From Camelus ferus (lineage: Eukaryota), in contig NC_045697.1 of NCBI RefSeq assembly GCF_009834535.1, forward strand, positions 103,046,001-103,106,000: DNA of 60,000 bases, in the 5' to 3' direction. Below, one piece after another: positions 14,201 to 28,834 of this stretch; the first letter of the stretch is position 1, and the number at the start of each line of letters is the position of its first letter. The notes below the pieces were generated by a model. The model searched no databases. It was not told where the DNA came from and saw only the letters and a program-made list of their open reading frames with translations. The position numbers were made by a program, and so were the translations under genes.

Positions 14201-14619
14201 ATCACAAATGCCTCCTGAAATGTTCTTAGTTTGGTTTCCCTGTTAACTGGAAAAGGGATTTTATTTATTTATTTATTTTAACAGAAAGAGATGCATAAGT
14301 ACTTTGAAAAGCAGAGGTATACATCACTAATGAAAAGCAATAGTCTGACTTTTTTTCCTCGTGGGGGGGTCAGGAAAAGACAGGAAAATGCTTCCTCCTT
14401 TTCAAGACATACAGCAATTATTAGAGATATTCAAGCGGGTGGAGGGAGGTGTAGTGAAATTACCTAGAAGGCTTTTTTTTTCCTTTCCCCCAGAATATAT
14501 CTGAAAAGGTGATGTAACACCAGCTCAGGGTTTGTTTTTTGTTTGTTTTTTAAATCTAAGTTAGAACTCCTAGAATACAGGAATAACACAACACAGTCTG
14601 ATTTTATTTATTTTTTTAA

Positions 14620-15360
14620 ATTGCTTTTTATTTTTTAAGTAATGTTAAGTTTACAGATAAATTGGATAGTTCAAAGACTTCCCATATCCTCCCTCTCCCT
14701 GCACAGAGTTTCCTTGATTATTAACGCCTTGCATTAGTGTGGGACATCATTATAATCAACGAGCCAGTCAATACTGATACATTACTATTAACCAAAGTCC
14801 ATCGTTGACAGTAGGATTCACTCTTGGTGTTACCCATTCTATGGGTTTTTGACAAATGTGTGGTGACATGCAGTCACCATTATAGTGTCATACAGAATAA
14901 GTTCACTGCCCTAAAAATCCTCTGTGCTCCACCTGTTTATTCCTTTCTCCCCGAGTCCCTGGCAACCACTGATCTTCACTGTCTCCATAGTTTGCTTTTT
15001 CCAGAATCTCATAGACTTGGGATCATACAATAAGGAGCCTTTGCAGTTGACTTCTTTCCCTTAGCGACATACATTTAAGGTTCCTCTATGTCTCTTCATA
15101 AATCTAGAATATGAAAACCAATGTATGGTGACAGGAAGCAGATCAGTAGCGGCCCGGGGAGGAGGGCAGCGAAGCAGTCTCTCTTGGGGAGAGACGGCAG
15201 AGTTGAGGAGTAAACTTTTACGCATGACGAGTATGTTCATCATCTTGATTGTGGTGATGCTTTCACGTGTATATGTCAAAACTAATCACATTGTACATTT
15301 TAAACATATGCAGTTTATTTTAAGCTGATTATTCCTCAGTAAAGCTCTTCAAAAAATAAA
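14620..15360. mobile_element. Old L1 3' fragments: antisense 14620-~15100, sense ~15105-15360
   Basis: ctgatacattactattaaccaaagtccat...tcactgccctaaaaatcctctgtgctcc; then atcttgattgtggtgatg...tatgtcaaaact...tttaaacatatgcagtttatt. Confidence 0.75.
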
Positions 15361-15939
15361 TGTGAAGGGGCAATTTAAAGTCATCTTTTGCCGATTTAAA
15401 AAAATGACTAAAATGTTCTGTTATCAATTCCTTTTCTAAATCCATCTTCAAGATTTGGGAACCTCTTACTCTGAGCTCTCAATAGTACTATATTCCCAAT
15501 TAAAACAGTTTCATGATACTGTTCTACTACTGGAGCTATAAAATGCACATCTCCCAATTCAGAATCCACATCCAGGAAAGAAATTCTAGTTCTCTATGAC
15601 AGACACACCAGCTCCTGCAGTGAAAACCAACTGAAGGTACCAAAGGTAAAGAGCTGCAAGGAATTCTCATGCTTAAGTGGTGATGACACTGAAGACATCA
15701 GTGTCTTCAACGGGCCATTCAAAGTTAATCAGTAGAACTGCAAGGGCAAAAATAAATGGATATCCTCCTATACACTCGTGAGAGAGGACTTTTCTGTCAG
15801 GTTTACCTAAAGTTCAGTTTAACCCTCTAATAATAGCAGCAACCAGTGGTTCAAATGCTCTCTGTTAACAGCAAGAAGGGAGGCAAATAAGATATAAAAC
15901 TAGACTCTAGAACTAAGGTAGATTTTAGATGCATGAGAT

Positions 15940-16790
15940 GATACAGTATATACTCTTTCAGTGTGTTCTTTTGAGGTTCATCCATGTTATGCGTGAATCA
16001 GTATTTCATTCCTTTTTTATTACTGAGTAGTATTCCATTGTGTGGCTATACCATAGTTTGTTCATTCATTCATTTGTTGATGGACATTTGGTTTGTTTCC
16101 AGTTTTCGGCTATCTCAAGTAAAATATACATGTCTATGTAGATAGATGTTTTCATTTCTTGTGGGTAAATACCTAGAAGAGAACGGCTGGGTCATACGGT
16201 TAAGTGCACATTCGATTTATAAGAAACTGCCAAAATATTGTCCAAAGTGATTGTGCTGTTTTACATTCCAGCCAGCAATATACAAGAGTCCCTGTTGCCA
16301 ATACTTCTAATTAAAGAAATTTTTATTGTGGTAAAATATACTTAACATAATACTTACTGTTTTAACCATTTGTAAGTATACACTTACATGGCATTAAATG
16401 CATTTATAGTGTTTTACAGCTATTACCACTATCCATGCCCAAATCTTTCCCATCATCCCCAACAAAAACTTGGTATACCCATTAAATAACTTCACCTCTT
16501 CTATTTCCTCCAGCCCCTGGTAACCTCTGTTTTACTTTTTATCTGTGAATCTGGCTATTCTAAGTACCTCATATAAGTAGGATCAAAATATTTGTACTTC
16601 TGTGTCTGGCTTATTTCAGTAAACATAATGTTTTTAAAATCCATCTTCTTTAGTGAAGAGTCTTTTCACATCCTTTGTCTAATTTTTAACTGGATTATTT
16701 GGGTTTTTATTAATGAGTTCTTTATGTATTCAGAACACAAGTCCTTTATCAGATATGTGATTGCAAATGTTTCTTTTGAGTCTGTGGCTT
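15940..16790 (-). mobile_element. Old L1 3' fragments (nested, antisense)
   Basis: ctgagtagtattccattg...gatggacatttggtttgtttccag; second 3' end ttttattgtggtaaaatatac at ~16320. Confidence 0.75.
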
Positions 16791-17835
16791 GAATGTGTTA
16801 AGTGTAAGATAACACTTCAAAATAAATCAAGTATCTATCCTCTAACAAGCATTTGTGGGGGGAACATCAGAAATTCAGAAACTAAGTACAGAAATAGACA
16901 AAAATTGGAAAATCAAAGAGAATTGATGGAATTCAGTAAGTTTAAAAGAAAAACATTTCATAAGTGAGGAATAAATTGCAGTGTGCCAAAGGGAGAATAG
17001 ATTTATATTAAACTGTAATAAGGTTCATTGAAGGATGGCAGGAAAACAACTAAAGGAATGAATAAGAAATTTTAAAAAGAGGTAAAGTTTGAGAGAAAGT
17101 GATTGGAACGGCCCACAAAGAAGATCCAGCATATGTATAATTGGAGCTCTGAAGTAACCAGAGACGGTAGAACAGGACTAGTATTTAAAACTTTTAGTTC
17201 AAGAAAATTTCAGAAATTAGAGAAAACCTAAATACATAGTGAAAGAACTCAGCATATACTTAGGAAAACTCACCTAGCATGATCACCTTTGAGATATATC
17301 CTAGTAAAACTATTATACTTTACAGTCAGAAGTCCTCAGGGCTTCCGGGCAAAAAGAGCACATGGCTTGTAAAGGCAAAGAAAGTAAGCTAAAATCAGAT
17401 TTCTCAAAAGCATCATCTAAAAACAGGCAGCAGTGAGAAGGCATTTAAGAAACTTCAGGAAACCAAGGACAAGCCAAGCTCTCCTTCAAGCATCAGGGCT
17501 ATAGATAAAGTTTTAAATGTGCATGAAGTCGGAGAATACTGTAACAATGAGCTCTTCCTGAGGAGTCTGCTGGGGTCACTTCATTCAACTAAGATATGAT
17601 GGGAAAATTTGGCACAAGGACATGTGGTGAGCAATTAATATATTTAATAATAGAGATAAGGCTAAAATATGAGTGGTGATATGGATGCAAGAAAAGTATA
17701 TAATCTGTAGCTGTTCTGACAAAGTAGAAAGAGTGCAACTATGAAAATGGAATAGAAGAATAAGAAGAGGAGAGTAAGATCAATTGTATAGATGATAGAT
17801 GGGAGTTAAGATATCATTTAAGACTGACAGTGAGA

Positions 17836-17930
17836 GGCAGGAGGGTATAGCTCAGTGGTAGAACACATACTTAGCATACACAAGGTCCTGGGTTTAATCC
17901 CCAGTATCTCCATTAAAAAAAAAAAAAAAA
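17836..17930 (+). mobile_element. Vic-1-like SINE, short form, nested in old L1
   Basis: gagggtatagctcagtggtaga...gtcctgggtttaatccccagt, poly(A), TSD-like actgac. Confidence 0.9.
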
Positions 17931-18562
17931 CTGACCAACTAGACAGTATAAGATGAAGTAAGAAAAAAAATGGAGATTGAAGACATTAAAAGATACAAAT
18001 AGAAAAATAACCACAGAGCAGCAATATAAAACTATCTTTAGAGTTTCCTTTAAAAAAAATATAGAAGACAAAGGATTACATCACAGAGAGAAATATAGTA
18101 AATATAATACAGTAAGTATGATATAAAATAACATGACAGAGTTGAGGCCAAACATCAGCCATATTAGTAAATCACCTATTAAAATTAAAAGATTTTCAAG
18201 TTGGTTCATAAAGCAAAACTCTATGATATGTTGAAGAGACCCACCCCTCAAAAAAAAAAGTGATTAAAAAGCTAAAAATCAAGGAATTGGCAAAGGGGTA
18301 TCAGGCACCCTGTAAACAACAAGAAGTGGGGACTTGTGATTCTGATGTCACACAAAACAGAATTCAGACGACCAGAAAGCACTGACGCAGAGGGCACTTG
18401 AAAGTGAACGTGTGTGCGCCGAGCATCACAGCAGCCTCCTGTGTGAAGCAGGATATGGCAGGGCCAACAACTAGAAACACGTCAGTAATAGGAACTGTAA
18501 TACACCAGTCTGAATGCAAGGCAGGTCATGTGGGGAAAAAAACGTAAGTAATCATATCAGCT

Positions 18563-18757
18563 GGAGGTTGGGGAACTGCCTGCAGGCCAAATCCAGTCTG
18601 GTACTTGTTTAGCGCAGCCACATTCCTTTCCATATTGTCTATGGCTTTCTTACTGTAACAGCAGAGTTGAATAGTTGTGACAGAGGCCCTGTGGTCCACA
18701 AAACCTAAAATATTTACTCTCTTACCCTTTACAGAAAAAGCTCACTGACTTCCTGAT
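18563..18757 (+). mobile_element. MER58A-like hAT-Charlie DNA transposon inside L1
   Basis: gcagagttgaatagttgtgacagag...cacaaaacctaaaatatttactctct..ccctttacagaaaaag. Confidence 0.8.
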
Positions 18758-18952
18758 GTAGGAGACTTAAGCAACATTGTTAATTAGGTAACTTCTATGG
18801 AAACATTGAACACTGCATCCTAATGATAGAAAATGTCCCTTCTCAGGTGTACCAGGAACACTCGCAAAAATGTATCATATAGTAGGTTGCAAAGAAAATA
18901 TCAAGTTCCGTAAGTTAGAAGTACTGTGATCAAAATTCTTATTACTGTGGTA

Positions 18953-19062
18953 GGGAGGGTATAGCTCAAGTGGTAGAGGACATGCTTAACATGCACAAGG
19001 TCCCGGATTCAGTCCCCGGTACCTCCTCTAAAAATAAATAAACCTAACCTAACCCCCCAAAA
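18953..19062 (+). mobile_element. Vic-1-like SINE nested in old L1
   Basis: gggagggtatagctcaagtggtagag...aaataaataaacctaa tail; TSD-like aaaattcttatta/aaaatcttatca. Confidence 0.9.
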
Positions 19063-20580
19063 TCTTATCATAATTCCAGAAGCCTGGAAATTTGAAGCAA
19101 ATAATCTCTCCTATCTGGGAATTTTAAAACTATTCTATTAAGTGACCCAGAAGCAAATAGGAAAATACAAAGAAAATTATGTAGTTTCTAGAAAATAATG
19201 GTCAAACAGCTACATATTAGAACCTGTGGTATCCATTTAAACCAGTCCTCAGAGGAAAACTCATAGCCTTGAACACTTATATCAGTAAAAATGAGAGAAG
19301 AAAAATTTAAATTCCCAATCAGGAGGCTAGGGGAAAAACATCAAAGTAAGCCAGAAAAGTATAAGGAAAAAGACAATAGAGATTAAACCAAAAAACAATG
19401 AGATAGTAAAAAGTCAGATCAAATTAACAAATCCAAATCCTATTTTTAAAAAAAAAAAATAAAAGCAAACAAAATAAAACAAAAAACCCTATAGTTTAAT
19501 AAAGGAAAAAAAGGTGTTACAAGAAGAAAGCACAAGTATAAAAAATAAGAAATGAGAGAAACAGCTATTGATACAGAGAATAGAAAATTTTATTTTAAGA
19601 TTACTTTGCATTCCTTTATGCCAGTAAACTTGAAAACCTAGATGAAATGGGTAATTTTCTAGGAGGAAATACAATTTACCAGAATACCCTCTGTAGACTT
19701 AAGAAGCTTAAATGTATTTACATAGGACAAAGTTTCAAGGAACTACTCCTCAGGAAAGCACTAATCCCAGAGTTTAAGAGTGGGGAGACCTACCAGGCAT
19801 TTAGAAACTTGAACTATTTCTGAGCACACGAGCACTTACGAAGCAAGTGTAACACTGACACCGAACCCTGCTAGGGATAGCACACACAAAGAAACTTACA
19901 GACCATTGTCACTGAATGGATGTTAATGCAAAGATCCGAAACAAAAATCAAGTTATTAGACTTTAACACCCCATTTTAAGGAAATAATACATCGTGACCA
20001 AGCAGGGTTTTTAATGCCAGGAATGCAAGGATAATTTACATTAATAGGTGTAAGAAGAAAAATCGTAGTATCTTTAGAAATCCTGAAAAATTCTCTGACG
20101 AGATTTGAACACCTATTCCTAATAAAACCTCTTAACCATAGGAATGGGTACATATATGTCAGTCCTAAAGTCAGCATCCTACTTAATAGGGAAATGCTAG
20201 AGGCATTCTCACCAAGATCAAGAAGAAGTCATAGAAGTTCACTGTCTCTACTACTTTTTATGTTGTATTGGCGCTGTTGACCAGTGCAATTAGTCAAGAG
20301 GAAACAACTGGAAAGGAAAACGTAAAATTATCTTTTTGTTGGAAACATGACCATTTGCTGGAGAACTAACTTCATAATGAGCCAATGATAAAAATAACTC
20401 AGAAAACAAAAGAATTCAGCCAGGAAGTAGTATATAAGATATCATGGAAATACCAATAACCATATGTATAAATAATTACCAGTTAAAAGATACAATGGAA
20501 GCAAAAGTTCCATTTAAAATAGCAACAGAAAAGATAAGATTCTTCATAAATTTAATAAGAAATGTTTAAAACCTAATGCA

Positions 20581-20970
20581 TGCTTATAGATAGAATTGTG
20601 TCTCCCCCCCCCAACTTATATATTGAAGCCCTAATCGTAAATACTTAAGAATGTGATTGTATTTGGAGATAGGGCCTTTAAAAAGTTAAAATGAGGCCAT
20701 TGGGGTGGGCCCCAAACTGTTTGGTGTCCTTGTAAAAAGAGGAGATTGATACATACAGAGAGACACCAGGGAAATAAGCCATGGGAGGACACAGCCAGAA
20801 AGTGGCCGTATGTCCGCAAGCCAGGAAGAGAGGGCTCAGGGGAAACCAACCTGCCAACGCCTTGATCTCAGACTTCCGGCCACTAGAACTTTGAGTAAAT
20901 AAATTTCTGTTGGTTAAGCCGCCCAGTCAGTGGTATTTTGTCACGGGCAGGCTGAGCACACTAATAGACA
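20581..20970 (+). mobile_element. MaLR solo LTR (MLT1B-like) inside L1
   Basis: aatgtgattgtatttggagatagggccttta...ccttgatctcagacttcc...aataaatttctgttggttaagcc...gtggtattttgt. Confidence 0.88.
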
Positions 20971-23900
20971 GCAGCTATGGAACAGCCCTGAAAGACGCAG
21001 AAGTGGACTTGAACAGACCTTCCCAGGTGTTGAATAGAGTACTTCAACATCGTCAAGCTATTAATTCTTACTAAGTTAATGTATAAATATAATGTGATCC
21101 CAATAAAAGTGCCAATAATTTTTTTTTCTGAAGGTCTACAAGGCAGTAACAAAAGTTCATGTGGAAAAGTAAGCACACAAGCAAGACACTGAAAAAAAAC
21201 TGTGAGAGGGGACTAGCCCTGCAGATATTAACACGTACTGTAAAGTCTCTGTAATTAAGGCAGTGGTACTGGGGCACAGACTAGAGTGGAATGGGGTGTG
21301 GAATGTCTGGAAACAGACCCTAACATATATGGAAGTTTACGAGAAAGGTGGTATCTCCAATCACTAAGGCAGAGATGGACTTTTTAATAAATAGAATTGG
21401 GGCAACTGGCTAACCATTTGGAGAAAGATAAAATTAGATCTGTTTCTCCTGCCATAAATAAACTGAACTCCAAATGGATCTGAGATTTAAATAAATTATG
21501 AAACTGTACATGCACTGGAAGAATGCATGGATGAATTCCTCCTTGCAATCTGGGTTTAAAAGGAGGCTTTCTCTGACTCGAAATCCATATGCAATAAAGG
21601 AAAATATTGATAAACTTGACTACTGAAAAATAAGAAATAAACTTGCACATAAGCAAAGTCAAAAGACAAATGAACAGATTGTGATAAAATATTTGTAACA
21701 TACATATCATCGGCTGATGTCTCTAATATATCTATTCTTGTCAAAATTGGATAAGTCCAAAAATGGGCAAAAGGCACAAGGAGACAATTCACCAAAAGTA
21801 AAATTATGTCTTCTGAAATCCACACAAAGATGATCAACTTTCACCGTAATAGAAATGTAAATGAAAATTGCACCAAAATCCCTACCACTTCTCACCCATC
21901 AGATTGTCCAAAAAAATTTAAAAACTTGGCAAAATAGTCTGTTCTGGAGGCAGTGGAGAAAAAGCCACTAATTTGTTGCTGGTGTCATGCAACCCCTATG
22001 AAGGGGTACTTGACAGTAACAAAATTCTACCTGCATTTACCCTTTCACCCAGTATTTCCACTTCTAGGAATTTACCCTGAAGGTACACCTTTAACAGTAC
22101 TACAGTATATGCTCGGGGTTATTCATTGCATATGTAATAATGAAGTATTTGTAAACTGCCTAAATGCCCAGACATTGTAGATTGGTTGAATAAACTGTGG
22201 TGCTAGTAGCTGTGAAAACAAATAAGGAAGATCTCAGTAAGCTAATATGAAGTTAATTCTGGGTTGTAGTGAAAAAAGCCATGTGCAAAAGTCTGTTTAG
22301 TAGGCTGCCTTTCTTTTTAGTAATAAAGATGAAATTAGAAAGCACACAGTTATCTGCTTAATTTCTTCAAGAAGAAACAAGGAAGGATAAACCAGAAAAC
22401 AATGAAATTGATTATACTCTGAGGAAGACAGGGGTACTGAGTAAATCAGTTGTAATGTATACATACAACGAGACACACACAACAATGGGTGAATTTCACA
22501 GACATGATGTTGAACTGAAGAAACCAGGCACGAAATGTATACAGTCCCATTTATGTGAAGATTTGTGCGTTTTATTATAGATGTGTGATACCTCAGCACC
22601 CTTTTGACGTTCATTAAAATAGACCTGTACCTATATCAGCAGTGGCAAAACCATCTCATCTGAATAATCAGAGGGCAGGAGAAAGGTCTTGATCTTGTAG
22701 AGTTCCTCTGGAGAGCGCTGTTGGTGGTCACTTTCCAGGTCATGCACAAAAGCTGACTGATCTCACCCATGGCGTTCACTAAGGGCAGCCCAGTGCTTCA
22801 GGGCCAGACCACTGCACGTCAGTCAGCAACTACACAGGAGCCCGTGTAAAGAGTGCCAACTGGAGATGCAGAAATACTTTGTCTTCTGCTGCCGCTGTCA
22901 TCTGCAGGCAGTGGGAAAAGAAGTCCAGTTGCTACAACAGGGGCTCCAGTAAGGGGAGGGGGAGGGAAAGAGACAGAGAAGAGAGATGGAGAACTGATTT
23001 AAGTTGCTGTCTGGCGCTGCAGTTGGTGGGAGGGGTTTAGAGGCCAGTGTTTTCCACCTTTTAAAGGAGGAATCAGAATGGAGGCATTAACTTGACCATA
23101 AAAGGCAAGTTGGAAAGTGGTAACTCAAACTGCAGCAGCTAAAAGAAAAAGAGAATGTTTGATTACATAGGTAATTTAAAGATGTTGTGCTGTTTCAGAG
23201 CACGTGTTTTTTTTTGGAATATAGATTTCTTTTGGTGTTGGGGGAGCCTTTGTGACGATTAGGAACATTATCTTTAACAAAACAAAGTAGCTTACATTTC
23301 CAATGACTGTGGAAAGGTAGAAGGAGGAATTATGCTTTTGATGACTTGATATGGACAGAGTCCATCACTGTGTGAAAAAGAAAAAAAATGTTTGTTACCC
23401 TAAAAAGATTTGTTTCTAAGGGATCCAGTAGGGAAATCAACAAATCTGACTGCTACAGGATTATATAGAAATTTCCGATTTTAATACCTTCAAAAACCTA
23501 TTTTTACTTAAGGGAAACGATTTTCAGCTCGTGAGTTAGTGATAATCCAAGTGTTAAGAGCACTTTTTCCTACAGAAATGATGCAAGTCATGGATGGATT
23601 CCCTGGGAAGCCCTCAAAAATCTACTTAATTCCTAATGCCACTAAATATGGTTTCTTTGGGAAAATACATTCTGAGTCCTAACTCCTAACAGCAACAGAT
23701 TTTAAATCTCCTCTTCGCTTCCCATGCAGTTTACCAAATGGGGTGTTTTCCTCCTTTCAGCCAAGGCCACAAGAGCTGTAGGGATTCCGAGGACCTTTAT
23801 TATTGGAGGGTGGGGGTAGGAATCTGGTGACCCTGGCAAGGAGCTTAAGATCCAACCCTGGTGGCCAGTCCTTCCCTTCATCTGTCATTGCATTTGTAGT

Positions 23901-24625
23901 GGTTTTGCTTCTGGTGGTTTCTGGAGGTTAAGGACCACGCGAATTACTAACTCCTTAGGTTCATAACAGGCGGAGCTTTTGGGAATGGCTTGACTTGTTT
24001 ATTTCCTTTGCATACATTTCTTGGCGGTTATACCTTGAGTATTCAGTTAGCAAAATGTGGATGACATGACCTGTTTCTTCCTCTATCAGTTTGTGATCAG
24101 GACTACTGAGAAGTGGGTAAATACAGTAAGATCAACAGAGAAAAAAATAAAATGTGACTACTAAGACACAATATGGGAAGTCTGTCCCACGAAACGTCGT
24201 ATTTTGTCTAATTAACGGTCTTTGCTGGCATCTGGATTTTATACTACTCACTGTATTTGCCCTCTCAGCTTTATTTACTTCTTTTGGTTTAAAGTGAGCT
24301 AATGTGTCCATTTAAAACATTCACGATGGATAATTCATATCATTCAATAAATATTACTAACTCTTAAATGTAAAATCTTATCAGCCAGGGATATAAACTG
24401 GAATTGTCAATGGTGATATATGTTTAGTTGTGCTTTGGTCTTTAGTGAATGAAAACAATTAAGAATGGGGGAACCTTAACATTTTCAACCTGAAAGAAGA
24501 CATTTTGCAGACTTTCCTTGGACAGCATGTCCGTGGTGCAGGCCTGAGGCATATGCCATCAGTGATTCTAAGGAGACTGGTTTGTTCTGCATTTGTTCCT
24601 GGGTGGAAAATGGCTTTTCATTTGA

Positions 24626-25171
<546 letters not shown>

Positions 25172-27423
25172 TGAAAGGAGACCTCGCGGCCAAGTACCCC
25201 AGTGTTGTGTTTTCTTTGTCCGGCACAGATGCTTGAATACGTTTTCATTTCTTATTTTGAAAGGTTTTGGAACAGCTGCATCCTGGGAGTGGCGTAGTTG
25301 TTAGCAGCCTTTGCTCTTGATAAAAAAGAGAGAGCATGCTGCATGCATTTGCTGTTTTCACGCGAGGAGAAAACCCTGTATAAAGGCAACCTCAGAAAAG
25401 ACATTTCCTGGGGGATCCCACCCCACCCACCACTTAATTAAATTTGTTTGAGTGGTGATGTAATCCCAAGAAACATATACTTTACCAACAAAGCGATTGC
25501 AACAGAAGCAGTAGAAACCATCTGCTTATTTAACTTAGCAAAGACAAAACACCATTATCCTTCCTTTTTAGACTTCTCTGATGGTGTAATGTTTGTCAAA
25601 TTAAATGATTAATTAGGACCTCATGTTTTTCAAGTTATAGGTTAATAAGCAAGTACTTCAGAACAAAAAATGATTAGGTCGTGCCAGTAGACCTCACGAA
25701 GGGTACTCTTAAGCAAATACACTCGACATCTGTTAACATTTCAAGAAGGAAAATGAGTGGGTTGCCGTGTTCATTGGGCCACTTGAAGTGTTTTTAAGCA
25801 AATTTGAATTCGACAGCAGAGCTGGTGTGTCCTCAAATTGAAAAGTCGTACACGCTTGGTATTACCATCTTTTTTTGTACATCTATTGCTTTTTAAAAAT
25901 GTTAAGCCTGTTTATTTTGCATTGTTTTCTTTGCTTTTCAATCCTAAACTATTTAAGGTGAGGGTAGGAGATAGATTAAAAGTCCGATTAATATCATCTG
26001 GTGATTTCCCATCCAGCCACTCCACCCCCTCTGGAGCCCATTGGCTCCGATGAACAGGTTGGTGGCAAGGAGATTGTTTCAGAAGGCTTTGGGGCAGTGG
26101 TAGACCTTGAGTGGGCCCAAGAATGAAAAAACTGAAGATTATCGCTTGAAATTATACTGTGTCCCCGGCTGTCGGAGATTAAGGCACAGGCCAAGCAGAG
26201 GGAATACGGAGACGAGAAAGCGGAAGGGGAGGGAGGAGGACCTTGTGGAGCATCGTCGGTGGTATCTGGTCCCTCCCAGTGGTGCTGGTGCCATGGGGTG
26301 TTGGTGACTTTTTCACCAGCTTATTTGCAGAAATTTACTGGGTTTGGTCTCAGACGAGTCTCTTTGTCTTCATTCCTGGTTGGAAATAAAGAGGAGGCAG
26401 TGTTACAGCTGCAGGGAAGAAGCTGAATTAAAAGAAGCTGGAGAAGGGGTGGAAAAGGCATCCAGACCGGGTCCCCGTAGTCCTGACTTCATGCTCTGAG
26501 GCCTGGCTAGCAGCTGGATGCTGGGCGTTAGCAGGTTGTGGTTCAGCTGTAGTCAGTCTGGGAAATCGCGAAGAAACTCTGGAAGAACAGTGTTAGCTAT
26601 TTGTATGCAATGGTTGCCCTGAGTGGTCTAGAGTACATCCGAGTTATTGGTGGTTCCTTAAGGTGAAACTTTGTTCCCTGCTCTGTGGTTTCTGCTACGT
26701 GGTACTAGACAGGCTCACCATAGCCCAGGAGGAATTCATTTTCCATCGCAAAGGATGGTTCCTGGGAAAGCCATACCCTTTCTTTTAAGAAAGCTCAGAA
26801 CTTGTGTTAGTGTTCTTTGTTTCAAAAATCACACTATTTGCCTCTTACTTGGCATCTGGCTGTGAGCTCTCCAGAAGAAACATATGCAAATTCTGAAATA
26901 GAAGATAATTGTGATAAACTGATTCATTTCCTATTATGCTGCTACTAGGGATTTTGAAACTAGTGACTATTTAAGGGAGCAGGGAGAAGGTAGTCCTCTG
27001 ACTTCTTGAAGTCATGGGAAACTAACAGTTGCAGCCAGGAAGTTGGCTGTAATGGGTCTTAGTTGGTAAATCCCTGAGAGCCTATAGATTTAATGCGAGA
27101 GACCCTGAAGCCCGTTTTCTTAAGTCCTGGGTGGCTTTCAACTGTTTTCCACCTACTGGGGTAACAACGAAATGCAGAGGTCCTTTCCAAGTGGATTGTG
27201 TGAAGGCACGTTTGGATGCCCTTCTGATTGTTTGTAAATGGCATGACCCTGGGTGGGCAGACAAGTTCTGGAACTGGCATATAATGCTTTCCTACCACTG
27301 CATTTCCACTACAATTGTATAAGATTATGAGATGGTAGTAACTTTCCAAAAATGTACACCAAGTCCAGTGTCTGTAGCATCCCGTCTTCTGATGGGGAAG
27401 TTGAAACGAGTTTAATTTCTTAA

Positions 27424-27648
<225 letters not shown>

Positions 27649-27914
27649 TGATTCCCTTTTTAGAGCTGAAAGTTTATCTGTCCAAGTGTTACTTTTTCTC
27701 ATAGATTTTTACTAGTCTTTATTAGATCGTTATTTTAGTAAAAGCACAGTGAGAGGAGCTGGACAGAAAGAATTCTTTGGGTTACAGATGAGCCTTTTAT
27801 AGGGAGAACAAACACACTGACGTAACCAGCGAAGACCTGGGTGTAACTGTGCAGTCATCTGTTTAGAGCGTCAGTGCTTAACAATTTTGGATTGATGATA
27901 AAAGAATATTTTTA

Positions 27915-28145
27915 GGGGGTGGGCAGGGATAAATTGGCAGTTTGGAATTTGCAGATACTAACTATATATATAAAATGGATAAACAGCAAGGTCCTACTGT
28001 ATAGCACAGGGAACTATATTCAATACCTTGTAATGACCTATAGTGAAAAAGAATATGGAAAGGAATGCATACGTATATAACTGAATCACTGTGCTGTATG
28101 CCAGAAATGAACAGAAATGAATTTTTAAAAATCTTAAAAAAGAAA
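27915..28145 (+). mobile_element. Young L1 3' end (5'-truncated)
   Basis: gggataaattgg...atagcacagggaactatattcaa; perfect 15-bp TSD aaaagaatattttta 27900-27914 and 28146-28160. Confidence 0.9.
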
Positions 28146-28834
28146 AAAAGAATATTTTTAAGTGAAGGCTAAGGGTTATTGAAAAACAGCAAACCTAACA
28201 AAACTGAAGGAGCGTTTTCCCTGGTGATTTCCAAAATTAGAAGTTCATATACCAAGGCTTTCCAGAAGGTTCTTCGGTAGTTGAGAGAGGCACTCCTAAG
28301 CCCCGTCTCTTCTCCAGCCCTCATCTGTGAGTGGCTGCAGCAGAAGCTAATCACGTGTGTTTGTCTCTTGCTGTGTGCTTGTTGCTAACCTTGCTGTAAG
28401 ACGGGATTGAGGCACATGTTCCTCCTCTCCTCACCCTGAAGCGCTCACTTCTCGTCTCCTCTAGTAGAGGTGGGTCTGTGTTACCCTGAGAGTGTGCCTG
28501 AGGTGAGGGGGCTGTCACCCTGCCCGGGCTGCAGGGACAGGTCCAGAAGCTTCGTGAAGCTGAGAACTCGGGTCAGGAAGTGCTGGGAGAATCCCTGAGT
28601 AACTGTAAGACGTCATGACCACACTGTTGGCTGAAACTGTCCCCGAGGAACGTCTCATGGAGGAACGTGCCTCACCGTGCACTCAGCTAGGGCATAGAGC
28701 ATGCAGTTTGTATTCCTTTAACACAAATGGAAGTTAAAATGCAATCAGATTACTAGGTATGTCTTATCTCATCATTCTTATCACTTTTTTGCTGGAGGCA
28801 CCTCAGACTCTGTCAATGTTGGTTATATTTTTAA

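Larger units (their letters stand above)
16800..22450 (+). mobile_element. Ancient long L1 (L1M-type) with decayed ORF1 and ORF2, interrupted by younger elements
   Basis: A-rich. Remnants resemble ORF1 (RSNIRIIG-like ~17125, RHILVKL-like ~17290, SDFS ~17395), endonuclease (SPIK..ETH ~18170-18245) and RT (LEAFP..SPLLF ~20195-20270), followed by a 3'UTR. Confidence 0.85.
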
